Source of the DNA: Eledone cirrhosa
Taxonomy: Eukaryota
Reading direction: 5' to 3'
DNA length: 64,000 nucleotides
NCBI GenBank assembly: GCA_964016885.1
Contig: OZ024743.1
Coordinates: 37,758,001-37,822,000 of the forward strand
Part shown: in pieces, positions 29,033 to 41,230 of the stretch
Layout: each line of letters starts with the position of its first letter
Numbering within the stretch: position 1 is the stretch's first letter
The notes under the pieces: model-generated
What the model was told of the DNA's origin: nothing
Databases searched by the model: none
Seen by the model: only the letters and a program-made list of their open reading frames with translations
Position numbers and translations under genes: made by a program

Positions 29033-30930
29033 ATTGCTGTGGGAATGTCTTCCGGAGCCTGGCTGCCAAGGTGATCTGCAAGTCCGTAACACACGAACTG
29101 GGTGAGGAGTTTATTCCGGTGCAACTGGGTGTCGACGTGTCCGGTGGCTGTGAGAGAGCTGCTTATGCAACCAGGCAGTTCTTCAACAGCTGCCCATCGA
29201 AACCGGCATCCAGGGACTCCAGGCACCTGATCGTCAAGCTTGACATGAGGAATGCCTTCAACTCGTTACGCCGGGATCATCTGCTCTAGGCCTGTCTCAG
29301 ACAAGCCCCCTCCGCCTACCCGCTGGCCTACCTGTCTTATGGAGCCCCGATACGGCCATGCTCTCGGCTACTGGGGTCCAACAGGGCGACCATTTGGGAC
29401 CCCTCCTGTTTGCCCTTGGTATTGACCACATCGCCTGGAGTATCACGGCTCCTCTCAACGTTTGGTATCTAGATGATGCTACGTTGGGGGGGGGGGGGCA
29501 TACGGACGGTCTGCCATGACCTTCAATCGGTGGTTCCTGCCCTGGCGGGAATCGGCGTCCAGGTCAACTCGGCCAAGTCGGAGGTGGTGAATGTCAACCT
29601 CGATACTGCAAGATTTGCAGTCTCCGTCTTGGACGTGCGGTCCAATCTCCACCAGGTTCAGGTAACCCCCAAAGAGGATGTCCTCATCCTCGGGTCACCG
29701 ATCCCCCCGCCGGCCATCCGCTCCACCATCAGCTCCAGGCTTCAACAGCTCCAGACTCTCACGAGCCGACTGGACTTGATTGACGGCCACCCAGCTCTCT
29801 TTCTGCTGAGGAACTGCTTCGCTATGCCGAAGCTCCTCCATACACTTGACAGTGTTCCGTGCTAAACCCAGACGTCTCTCCTCGCTGACATCGATACTTG
29901 TATCCGAGTAGCAGCCGAGGAGATATGCAACGTCAAGTTTGACGACATAGGGTGGCAACAGGCCACTTTACATGTCAGGTATGGTGGAATTGGCCTCCGG
30001 TCCCTGATCTCACTAGCTTTGCAGGCGTATCTTTCGTCGGTAACCTCATGCCGCGTCCTCGTCAACAGGGTTCTTCAAAACACAACAGCACCCTCTCTGT
30101 TCAGAGAACGTGAGGCCGCCTGTGAGACGTGGGATCGGCTGGGGTTTAGGCTAGTAGACGTCCCTCCTCCTTCTACCTCTGTTGATGTCAAGTTCCCGAA
30201 CGCACTTGGGATGCCATCCAGTGCAGCCTGGCCTCAGACAGGATCACGCGCCAGCTCGACCATCAGCACCGCCCTGCTTGTTTTCGTGTGACCTCCAAAC
30301 CCCACAGTGGTGCCTGCCTCCATGCCCTGCCCTCCTTCTACACTGGCACGCAGCTAGACAACCATAGCCTGCGCATCGGCGTTTCCCTGAGGCTCGGCCT
30401 CCGGATGTGCCAGTCACATCCATGTCGCTGCGGTTCCACCGTGGACTCTTTCGGCCTCCACTCGCTTTCCTGTCTCCACAGTGCCGGCCGCATTCCACGC
30501 CATGCTGCCCTCAACGAGGCCTTTAAGCATGGCTTGGATGCTGCAGGCTTCCCTTCCCAGCTCAAGCTGGATCGAGGGGACGGCAAAAGGCCACTTGCAC
30601 CGACTCTTTCTGCAGCCGCAACCTTGTGCAGACTGCGACTACCCAGGTTCTGCTGCACGTCGGGCTGAGGGGACCAAACTCCTCAAATACCGGTCGTTCT
30701 TTGACAGGTTTGCGGTCGTACCCCTGGCAGTGGAGACTTCTGGTGTCCTCGGCCCCAGGGCTACCTCCTTACTCACCACCACCGGCGCTGAGCTGGCCAG
30801 CCGCAGGTGTGAGCCCTGCGAGTTGGCGTGGTTCTTCCAGCGCGTCTCCGTCGCCATCCTCCGCGGAAACGCCTTCTCCATTCTGTCCGCCGGGGCTGTG
30901 GGTGGACCCCATCACGTACCGTTGTAGTTG
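29033..30930 (+). mobile_element. 5'-truncated CRE-clade non-LTR retrotransposon (RT, zinc knuckle, restriction-like endonuclease), inactive
   Basis: RT motifs as in copy 1, then RHAALN, DRGDGKRP (deletion removing the following catalytic D region), EGTKLLKYR, VPLAVETSGVLGP and FFQRVSVAILRGNA. Confidence 0.9.
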
Positions 30931-30934
30931 TAGA

Positions 30935-31963
30935 AGAAACAGGAAGACAACATCTAAAGTAAAACTTTACATTGTTACATTAACCATTATGGTATATTAA
31001 ATTGTCAGCTGAAAAAAAAAAAGTTATTGTTGCTAGATGTTTACTCATGTGTATCTGACGGACATTTGAGTCTCTGATTTGCTGTCGGTGCACCCCTGCA
31101 CGTTACGATAGTACATTTCCAGTTTGACCGATATATAGTTCTTCACAATTCGGGCATTTAATGCAGTAAATTAGATTTCTGCTTTTGCAGTTCATATTTG
31201 CATTTGGGAATATTTTTCCAGTTTTTGTGTTCATATATTGACCAGTATGTATGAACTGACATGTGCCCCAACGACTATCATTGCATTTAGATACAGTGAA
31301 TGATTGGTCTTTGTTGTTGAGGTCAAACTTTGCCTTTGTTAGTAATTGCTTCACATTTTTCGGCTGTCTTTTTCTAAGAGTCAAAGATCGGTCTGTGATT
31401 AAACCTTTAATTCATTACTTTGAGCAATGATCGGTAGCTTTGCTTGTGCAGTGTTCAATATATTCTGGTGACATGGGTTGTATGTCATTATAAATGGTAT
31501 GACCAGTTCTTGGTTTCTTCTTCCTTGGGTTGTCCTAAGTTGTTGTATAGGTATTTTTATAGCCCGCTGTATGCCATTTTCTATAAGTAGAGATGGGTAT
31601 TTTTGTTTGAGCAAACATTCTTTCAGTTCTGTTAGGCGTTTGTTCCTGGTATTTGTATCTTCTACAATGGTACAAATCCTTCTGGCTAGGCAGTAAGGGA
31701 TGTTGCGTTTTGTATGAGGTGGATGGCACGAAATAAATTCAGATATTGATGGGTGTCTGTGTGTTTATAGTGGTAATGGTGGTGTTGTTTTTGATTACCA
31801 TTATATCTAGGAATGGTAATTTGGTACTACTCATCTCTTTTGTAAATTGGAAAGATGGGTGTAGGTTATTCAAGAGGATATTGAACTCATCCAGAGTATC
31901 TAGAGATCCTGTCCAGATGATGAAACAGTCGTCAAGGTATCTCTTCCAAGACTTTTCAATGTA

Positions 31964-31965
<2 letters not shown>
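30935..31965 (-). mobile_element. 5'-truncated Neptune-like PLE (RT C-half, Cys linker, GIY-YIG), disrupted
   Basis: KRYLDDCFIIW, KLPFLDI, CHPPHTKRNIPYCLARRICTIVED, IPFIMTYNP, linker CNDSR(W)GTC and NCKSRNLIYCIKCPNCEELYIGQTG. The 5' break is at (GA)n. Confidence 0.9.
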
Positions 31966-31966
<1 letters not shown>

Positions 31967-32028
<62 letters not shown>

Positions 32029-32040
32029 TCTCTCTCTCTA

Positions 32041-32102
<62 letters not shown>

Positions 32103-32104
32103 CG

Positions 32105-32199
<95 letters not shown>

Positions 32200-32234
32200 C
32201 ACACACACACACACACACACATAATATATATATA
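31967..32234. repeat. Compound (CT)n(TA)n(CA)n microsatellite
   Basis: Direct inspection. Confidence 0.95.
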
Positions 32235-33269
32235 CAAACTGGGCATAATAGATTACATTAATGTATATTGCGTCTTCCATGATTAGAACAAGTACGTAGA
32301 TTATGAAAAATAATCAATAAAGTCATATTGAATATATACGGTTGCTGATAACAGAACTTCCCACAGATTGGGAAATATATTCTCTAATATATACAATTAA
32401 TAAACAAAATTGAATCATAATTTCGTTTATAATCTTTGTTTCTATTCAGAGAAATTCAATAATTAATAAACACACATTCTTCAATCTTATAGTATAGACA
32501 CCTTCGTCATTCGGGAGAGTATTCTCTTCAAATTGCAGCAGTTACTATGGATATACGGCTAACTATATTCTAATTATTTATCGACACATATTTGCCACCT
32601 TACGAGATATATTTTTACAGAGTACATAATGATATAAGGGGGCGCAGAGAGATGTATATATTTCTTTATAAAATATTCTTAGTGTTTGGACTCACTGCCA
32701 GGAAGACGTGATGGGAAATAGACGAGAGCTTGAAAGTGTGTAAATGATATAAAATGAAAGTTCTTTGCAGTGTAATGTTTCTATGTTTCACATGTTACTC
32801 TGTAGCAAATAGGGAATCCGTTTGGGAGTGACAGACATAAACAGAGTAGCATGATGTATGAAAAGTATCGATGACCTACATGTCAGAATTAAACCACGTA
32901 AAATAATTAAAAAAACATTAGTATTCAAACCTTATGAGTTTTACTTTTAACAGACCAAACGTTGAGTTCAAATGCGATGATTTGCTTGTGATAGGATAAA
33001 ATATCTTTGAACGACATAGCTCTGAAATCCTCTTATTCTATTCATTGACGGCTCAGCATGTCGGTTACATTAACGTGACTGAGCATTCTACAGACACGTT
33101 TACCATTAACGTAATTCTCAGGGATATTCAGCATAATGAATTCTAAGATAAGTTGGATTACAGCTACCTTTCATCCAACGAACTTGCAGAGTTTCCTTCT
33201 ACTTATTTCCACCACAAAGTTATATATCAACACGCAGCAAAGGTAAATGACATGTTCCCTTTGGGCCAT

Positions 33270-33745
33270 GATGCATCGGATTGGTAGTATCGGTAGAGGG
33301 TCGGACATCATGCTTTGCAGCATAGAGTTACGGCCCTGTATGATCTGAGTTCAAATCCCGCCGAGGTTAACTTTGCCTTCCATCCTTACGGGGTCGAAAA
33401 AATAAAGTACCAGTCACGCACTGGTGTCGATTTATCCGACTTTCCTCCTCCTCCAAAATTGCTGGCCTTGTGCCTATATAGGAAACCATTATAAGTTGAC
33501 AAAATAAGTTTCAACCTATTGTTGACGGAAAGGCGGTGGATTGATAGTATCGATAGAATGTCGGACAATGGTTCATGGCACAGGGTTACGCCCCTTTATG
33601 ATCTCAGTTCAAATCCTGTCGAGGTTAGCTTTGCCTTTCATCTTTGGGGGTTGATAAAACAAAGTACCTGTAATGCACTGGCGTGCATTTAATCGACTTT
33701 CCACTTCCCCCAAATTGTTGGCCTTGTGCCTAAATAAGAAACAAT
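33270..33745 (+). mobile_element. Two tandem tRNA-derived SINE copies (about 33270-33490 and 33530-33745)
   Basis: B-box GTTCAAATCC, a core CTTTGCCTT.CATC.TT..GGGGT.GA.AAAA.AAAGTACC and tail GGCCTTGTGCCTA; the family recurs through the window. Confidence 0.85.
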
Positions 33746-34414
33746 AATCTTGTGGACGCATGTTTTGTTGCGAATGACCCAACATGTGCCCTATTTGTTT
33801 ATAATTTTGGCGCAGACAGTAAAGTTTATCATACCAATAACCGTTTCAGGGAATCCATCACTGGAGGGGAAAATAAAATAAATCATTCTAAAATAGGAAT
33901 CCTCACCCTAACGTTTACAACTTTGCATTATATTGGACACCTTAAAAGCAAATAAGGACAAAATAGTTGTAGTATTCATTAGGTTCAGTTCTCACCTATG
34001 AAATTGTTTTTCTAGAGAACTTTTAAAATATCTCTGGTAAAACAATAAAGTCCCAGGATGATCCAACAGCTCAGTAGTCAACTGCAGGATCATGCTTGGA
34101 AAAAGACGTTCTTGCAAAATTAAATTCTGAACAACACAGACACTTCAAGATTATTAGAAAATTGATGATAACATCTACTTCATTAGTATGTGACAAAGCC
34201 ATTTATATAATTTACAATCATAATATATACATGATATATACATGATGATATCATGTACAACTTCATCGTTAAGTCCAATGATTAAAAGCTAAATGAGAAG
34301 ATACATATTCGTTGAAATTTAAAGTTGAAGTCCGTCCTAATACTAGATGTCCATCGAGACCTTACCCCGGTTTCATTAACGATAATGACTCTTAATGACT
34401 ATACGACTCTTCCT

Positions 34415-34600
34415 TGGACAGGACACCGGTCTGTCGCACGCGGAACTCCGAACTACAGTTGATATCATTTTTATCTAGCTGGCAACGTGAAAGCAACGTG
34501 AAATTAAGTGCTTACTCAGGGATACCACACGCAACCCGATCTAAGAATTGAAGCAACTATTTTACGTTCGTGAGTCCAGCACCCTATCCGTTTGGCGCTA
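34415..34600 (-). mobile_element. Diverged SINE of a second family
   Basis: tRNA-like head on the minus strand (GGATAGGGTGCTGGACTCACGAACGT..GCTTCAATTC) followed by a CCCTGAGTAAGCACTTAATTTCACGTTGC body. Confidence 0.55.
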
Positions 34601-37464
34601 TGTTGCGCATTAAGCATTTCTGTATTGTACCAGTGTTTTCCTTGTTAGTGTACAATGTATTTGAAACAATTGAAATGATTGCAACACGAAATGTCTACAG
34701 GGAAATTTGTATGATATATTAGAAAACATTTATTTCATTTCTGCTTGTAATAGAGTTTCTGACTTCAAAAATATTGATTTCTAAATTAAAGGTAGGACGA
34801 AATATATGTAGGTAAGGAATATTGAATAACATATAGTAAATAATTTTAATAATGTATTCTATCCAATAGGCAGGTTGGCAGAACAACAAAACAAGTGTCC
34901 TTCAAATAAAACCCACTACCTTAAATAAATTGATACATTGGATAATACACGCCTTTTTATTTGGATAAAGCAAGATGCTCATGGTAGAAATTTATTTGAT
35001 CAGAGTTCTTCTAAATCGGAGCTGAACTGAAGCTAAACAACAATAACTAAATGATATAAAGGTAACATTCTGAAAATTGGAATTCAGCATGAATAAAATC
35101 CAGATCCATTCTTATACTGTATTTTCCACAACTTTGCAAAATGGTCATGTATCTTATTGAAGTTATCTTCCTTATTTGATTCCTTTTCAATGTTATCATT
35201 CATAGAGGGAGCTTTCGTCTGCTAGAATTATGTCTACTCTATTCTACTCAACGTTTATCAATTCACTGTTTTACATACGTAAAACTCAAACTTATTTTTC
35301 GTTAGTATTCTCTCATAGGCTTAGACAGATTTAGTATGTTTGAGTGTGTTTTGCAACATCGTATCGTCTGCTACTGTAGCATGGTAGGAATTAAGAGCCT
35401 GATCAGAGAAGGAATGGTTTCTAATTTTGAAGTCTAGTATGAGTTAAGAAGAGTCTCCTATAAACAGAAAATGATTTTGAACAAAGCCAAAGAAATGCGT
35501 AATGGAATCAATAAGAATACATATCGAATGAATTACAATCGTAGACACAAAATCCGCACATATTTCAGTTTGTGATAATTTGAAAATAAGTAATAACATA
35601 CGGTTATATATTCCGAAATCTGAGATTAGATATAACTCCAGGGCAGAAAACAAAAAAGTATTTGTTAATATACAAATTATGTCTAACCATTTGGGGGATG
35701 TGATCTAACTGAGTCGGTAGAGCGACGGATGTAACATTTTTGCATCTCTTCTCATCTCTGTGATCTGAGTTCATGTAGGAGTTCACATAAACCCTACTCT
35801 CACGAGAAGGGCGGCAAAACCTCTAGCAAGGGGTTCGATCCGCAGATACAATCTGTGGATTGGGTCTTCTTCTTTATATCTAACCAAACAATACATTAAA
35901 TATCCCGTATTCCTGTTGAAAATATTAATGCTAAAATATTGTAACTGTACTTAAATTTGTAATGTCTATTGTATCATAGATAAGGTTTGAACATATAAAT
36001 GTATTGATGTGTTAACAGTTCAAATTCAAGAGAAATAAATGGTACTTGAATAAACAATTTCAGGCTGAATGAATTAGAAGAGTGACGGAAGAGCGAATGA
36101 TATCTCCAAGACTGCCTTGAAATCGAACCGTATGTGTAATATAACAATGCTAAAAATCATTAAACATATTAATATCAGAAATATCATTGAAACACTTGAA
36201 CAATTAAATGTTTCCCCTCAATATTTCATATAATATTTAATTGCTTTTGAAGTACGAAATATATTACAGAATACAAGATAGAAAGAAGAAAAAAAATTCG
36301 TGAAAAGATATGAATCTATACAAATGATAGAAATTCATTAAATACCTATGAATAAAACAGCAATTTGATTAAAAGACAAGAATATATAGAAGAAGAAAAT
36401 TGCCAAAACCAAAGAAAACATTGTAATGCTAAAACAGTATTATTTATCTTCTATAAGAAAAGATTCAGAAGGGACATTAAATGTATTCACTTACATCGTG
36501 TTAACAATATTTTCAGATATAAAAGAGATTCGTTGCTTTAATATAAACGGGAAAGAAAAGTAAAAAACAAACAAAAAATCTAGGCATTATAACAAAGAGA
36601 TAATAGAAAATGCAAAGAGATTTCAAATAGACATCTTTAGTTTCTATGTAGATGGTTATTATTTTGGGACTTAATAGAAAAATGTTGAAATAATAGGTTG
36701 ATATTAGATTAATCGCTTTCGTCTCCACAAGGTCTCGAATAGAATAAACGCCAAAGAAAGGACTGAGTCGCTGACGTATGGGCTCCGAAGCTATCCGTCT
36801 GTATTATCTTAGTAACTAGCAGCTCACCAGACCAGAGTCGTAATACCCCTGTTATTAATTGGATTTCTTGCCACATAAGGTTTCTACTTCATTTCAATCT
36901 CGGCGTAGATATAACTGTGCATTTCATTAACAATATCCAATTCAATATCGGAATGCAAACATAATTAATCAAAAAGCAAGAAACTGTAATATTGATACTA
37001 GAAAATGGGAAGCAGTTAACTTTTTTGTAGAAGGATCCATGTGATGTGGGATGGCTAATTATGAGGGTGTCGCTGACCATTCAGCAGGTCAATGCTTTCA
37101 CCATGTTATCAATGGGGCGCAATTGAGCTGTACCGTGTAGCAATCGGTGTCAAATTTGCCGAATCCTTGAAACCTGCGAAAATATATAGTATTTTCTCCT
37201 ATGTGGGTGGAGTAATTAACCTCATTTGCATATGATGCTGTATACGTTGCCTGAAATTAAAACTCTGATTAAAATTTAGTTTTGGCTTTGCTGTATACAT
37301 ACATGTATGTGAATCTTGTCGCATCTTCAGCTGTTTTGCGGGAACCCGCTAGACGGGGCTGGCGGCTGCATTTCAATTCATAGCTGGGATTTCAAAAATG
37401 ATTATTTACTAAACATGCCGTATATACATATATGTATGTATACAGCTATACCGAAGGTAAATTA

Positions 37465-37500
<36 letters not shown>

Positions 37501-37505
<5 letters not shown>

Positions 37506-37882
37506 GTATGTATACGTACATACATATATGTATACAGACGTACAGTAATATGCATATATATATACATACATGCACACATATATATATATGTACGTATGGA
37601 TTCACCGAACATTTATTATAATGCTCGGTGTGTTTGTAAACAAACATCCCGAATTATGCCGTACAGTGTCTAGCAACCATCGTTGCTCATTTGTTCAAAC
37701 CTGACAAAGGAACATCGTTCACTCTACAGCTTAATTCGGGATGTTTGTTTACAAACACACCGACCATTTTAATAAATGTTCGGTGAATCCATACGTACAT
37801 ATATATATGTGTGGATGTATGTATATATACATACTACTGTACGTCTGTATACATATATGTATGTACGTATACATACTTATAT
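37501..37882. repeat. Inverted repeat with ~150-bp arms and 75-bp spacer (MITE-like or fold-back)
   Basis: GGATTCACCGAACATTTATT..CGGTGTGTTTGTAAACAAACATCCCGAATTA is mirrored at 37732-37800. Confidence 0.88.
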
Positions 37883-37936
37883 TTAAGTAACAGCCGTACT
37901 AAGTGTGAGAAATGAAATTTCGTTTCATTTTTTCCC

Positions 37937-37973
<37 letters not shown>

Positions 37974-37981
37974 TTGTGTGC

Positions 37982-38043
<62 letters not shown>

Positions 38044-39020
38044 TGCGTGGATATTTGTTTCTACAAAATTGCCAGAGAATAATATAAGTAATAGACATTA
38101 AAAAAGTAACTCCTGGCATCGCCCGGATCAACACAATCGCCATAAGATGCTGCCCCTGCCTGATTGCAGAGCAATGACTGATACAATAATACGATATATG
38201 GTTCATAAGGTACCACCGCGTGGGTGAGCGGAACTCCCAATAGCGTCGGTACAAATTCAATTTCCTAAACACGTGTAGAAGAAGCCTGTATTGTCTAATA
38301 TATTTTAGCACCTACAGATCACTAGACTCAGTTTTAGCTAATGAGATTAATGAGATTAAAGAGACGGCTAGATAAAGAGATATGGAGAGAGAGGAGTTAG
38401 ACAGGAGACAGAAATAGGGAGAGAGGAGTGAGTTAGAGAGGAGAGAGAGAGAGAGTTAGAAAGAGACAGAGAGAATCAGGTTATTTCGTTTATTATTTTA
38501 TACTTTGCTACACTTCATTCAATATGGCAATAATTTTAATGTCTAATTAGTTAATTAGTTTCATTATCTCTTATAAATGTTACCGTCTAATTTTTTCCGT
38601 AATACATCATATAATTATGTTGGTACATTTTCGAACTGAAGACACTTTAGTAAAAAATCAAACAAAAAAATTGATATTTTTTGTCTCTCCCAAAATGACC
38701 TTATAATTAGATGAAATAAAAAAAAACAACAACAAATATAGAAATATGGAAACAAAATAACATTGTAGTGCAGAACATATGTCTGTCAATGTAGGTTTCG
38801 AATTATAAATATAGGAATAACTCAGACTACATCATAAAATAATAAAAGTAATACACATCACCTATTATTGTTTGAGAAATTAGAGCACTCACATCACACA
38901 CACATATATATATATACGCAAACGCACACATACATACACACACACACTCATACGTACATACGTACACACACACACACACACACACACATACACACACACA
39001 CACATACATATATATATACA

Positions 39021-39086
<66 letters not shown>

Positions 39087-39564
39087 GGGGTAACAAATTA
39101 TTGTTATAGGTAGTCCACCTGACACCTACATTGTTTAAAAACACCAGCTTATCTTTACACTAGATATAATACACTCTACGACAGTTTTTACATGTCAATT
39201 TTATACATCTGCCTCATGTCAGTTAGTTTCACACGCTAAAATCGTAGATATACTATACTTCCCACCTAGATTGATGTTGTGATTATTTCAAATAATTTAT
39301 TGCTAGCATTGTTGATATTGTTGTTATTGTTCTAACTGAATGCCATTACTACTGCTTATAGTAGCCTGTATATTCTCTTCATTCTCGCAAGCTCCGATGA
39401 ACTGACTGGTTATAACTTTGTATTGGCGATCGAGTAACGTGAAAACAAGCGGGTAGCGATCTCTAGACCTACCAGTTCAGAGAAACAATTGTCAGCAATG
39501 AGATTAAAACCTTTTTTGTATAGCAAACCGTGTCACTCTTCTTTCCTGATTTATATATATATAT

Positions 39565-39863
39565 ATATATTTCGTTTCTGAATTTGTTTAGCAAGATTCT
39601 TTATCTGAAATCGTGTGTTGAAACCGATATTGTTATACTTTGGGAGGGTCATGTTGCCAACAAAGAAAATAATCCCCAGTCACTGAAGAGGTCACAGAAT
39701 GTGTGACGAAAGAACTTTGACAATATATAAACAACTATCTGGTTGTGGAACCAACCAACCAGAAATTTATAAATTCCTAAATTTATAAATTTATTATGAT
39801 AAATTGAAGTGAAAGCAACTGGTGCGTGTGTTTCTTATTGGCAACATGACCCTCCCAAAGTAT

Positions 39864-39870
<7 letters not shown>
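39565..39870 (+). mobile_element. Solo PLE pLTR with inverted upstream partial copy and minimal hammerhead (39679-39721)
   Basis: GTCA-CTGAAGA-G-GTCACA..TGTGAC-GAAA-GAAC-TT-TGAC; near-identical to 47000-47215. 39630-39665 is the inverse of 39835-39870. Confidence 0.88.
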
Positions 39871-39910
<40 letters not shown>

Positions 39911-40093
39911 CTGATGAGAACGCAAATATGATCCCATGATGATATTTGTTTTTGAAATGCAATAATAAATACATGAAACTCTTTTAACCATCTTTTGATT
40001 TTATATTATTTATACTCCAGTCCTATAAACAGTTGAGTGCTACTTATCCGATATTTTGCATTGCTTTATTGTGCTACAATAAAACTCACCTCC

Positions 40094-40168
<75 letters not shown>

Positions 40169-40189
40169 TCTTTTACTGTTTTACCTGTT

Positions 40190-41030
40190 CCAGCCATCCG
40201 GCTGAGACCGTATATATATGTACGTCTTTTCGGGGCCTCCTTCTCTGGAAAGGGCTGCAGGAGTGAGATCATTGGTCGGCTTCTTGCTACCCTGATGTCT
40301 CTATAAGAATCCCAGAGTATTTGTGTTCCCATAAATGGTGCTAAATCGGATCCATTAAATGTGGGATTCGAACTCCGTCAAGGGTGCGTACTGTAACTTC
40401 TTCTGTTCGTTATTTGCATGAACAGGACTATAACATGTAAAATCGAGTTGGAAGTGGTATCACGAAAGTAGGGTGTCAAATCAGTCGGCTGAAATTTGCA
40501 GATGACATGGTGTTACTTAACTTGAGAGAAGGTGATCTCCAAATTTTATTTGATAGGTTTGATGCCGGGTACCAAACTCGTTATCTTCAATACAGTATTC
40601 GTGCCAATTCTTACCTATGGAGAATGAAGGAACGAATGTGGTCGTTAATACAAACCTCCGAAATAGGGTTCCTTCGGAAAGTCGATGGAGTAACGCTTCT
40701 CGTTAGAGTGCGTAGCTCGGAGATCAGAGTGTCACTCAAGGTAGAGCTGCTACTTTTCCAAATTGGGAGATCGCAGCTCTGATAAAATGGGCATGGGTTT
40801 CGAAAGTCTCAAGAATGAATCGGTTGACAGGTTTTATAGGCAAAACCAACCGGCAGGAGACCAAGGGATAGACCCTGAGGAAGGCGAACTTGGCTGTTCT
40901 CGTTCAGAGATCCAGCCAGATCAGTTGGAGATGATTGTTTGTGACAGTACCAATTGGAAGGAGTGTTCGATGAGTATGCCTACATGATCCTCTCAGAAAT
41001 GAGTGCGCAAAGAAGAAGAAAAGAGGAAAA
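40190..41030 (+). mobile_element. RTE-clade (Rex3/Expander-like) LINE 3' fragment with internal deletion
   Basis: ELRQGCVL*LLLF, FADDMVLL and IQTSEIGFLRKVDGVTLLVRVRSSEIRVSLKVELLLFQIGRSQL; (GAA)n tail. Confidence 0.85.
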
Positions 41031-41136
41031 AGATACACACACACATATATATGTGTGTGTGTGTGTGTGTATCTTTTTCTTCTTTTCTTCTTCTTCGCGC
41101 ACTCACTCCTGAGAGGATCATGTAGGCATACTCCTC

Positions 41137-41173
<37 letters not shown>

Positions 41174-41175
41174 AG

Positions 41176-41230
<55 letters not shown>

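Larger units (their letters stand above)
23574..30569. repeat. Recent tandem duplication of ~3.5 kb (23574-27004 / 27002-30569)
   Basis: Copies are near-identical apart from a few SNPs, poly-G length and (TA)n lengths. The junction at 27002-27004 has CTG microhomology. Confidence 0.93.

Noticed and set aside
33330-33365. tRNA gene suggested by GTTCAAATCC
   Set aside because: No cloverleaf; it is the B-box of a SINE head.
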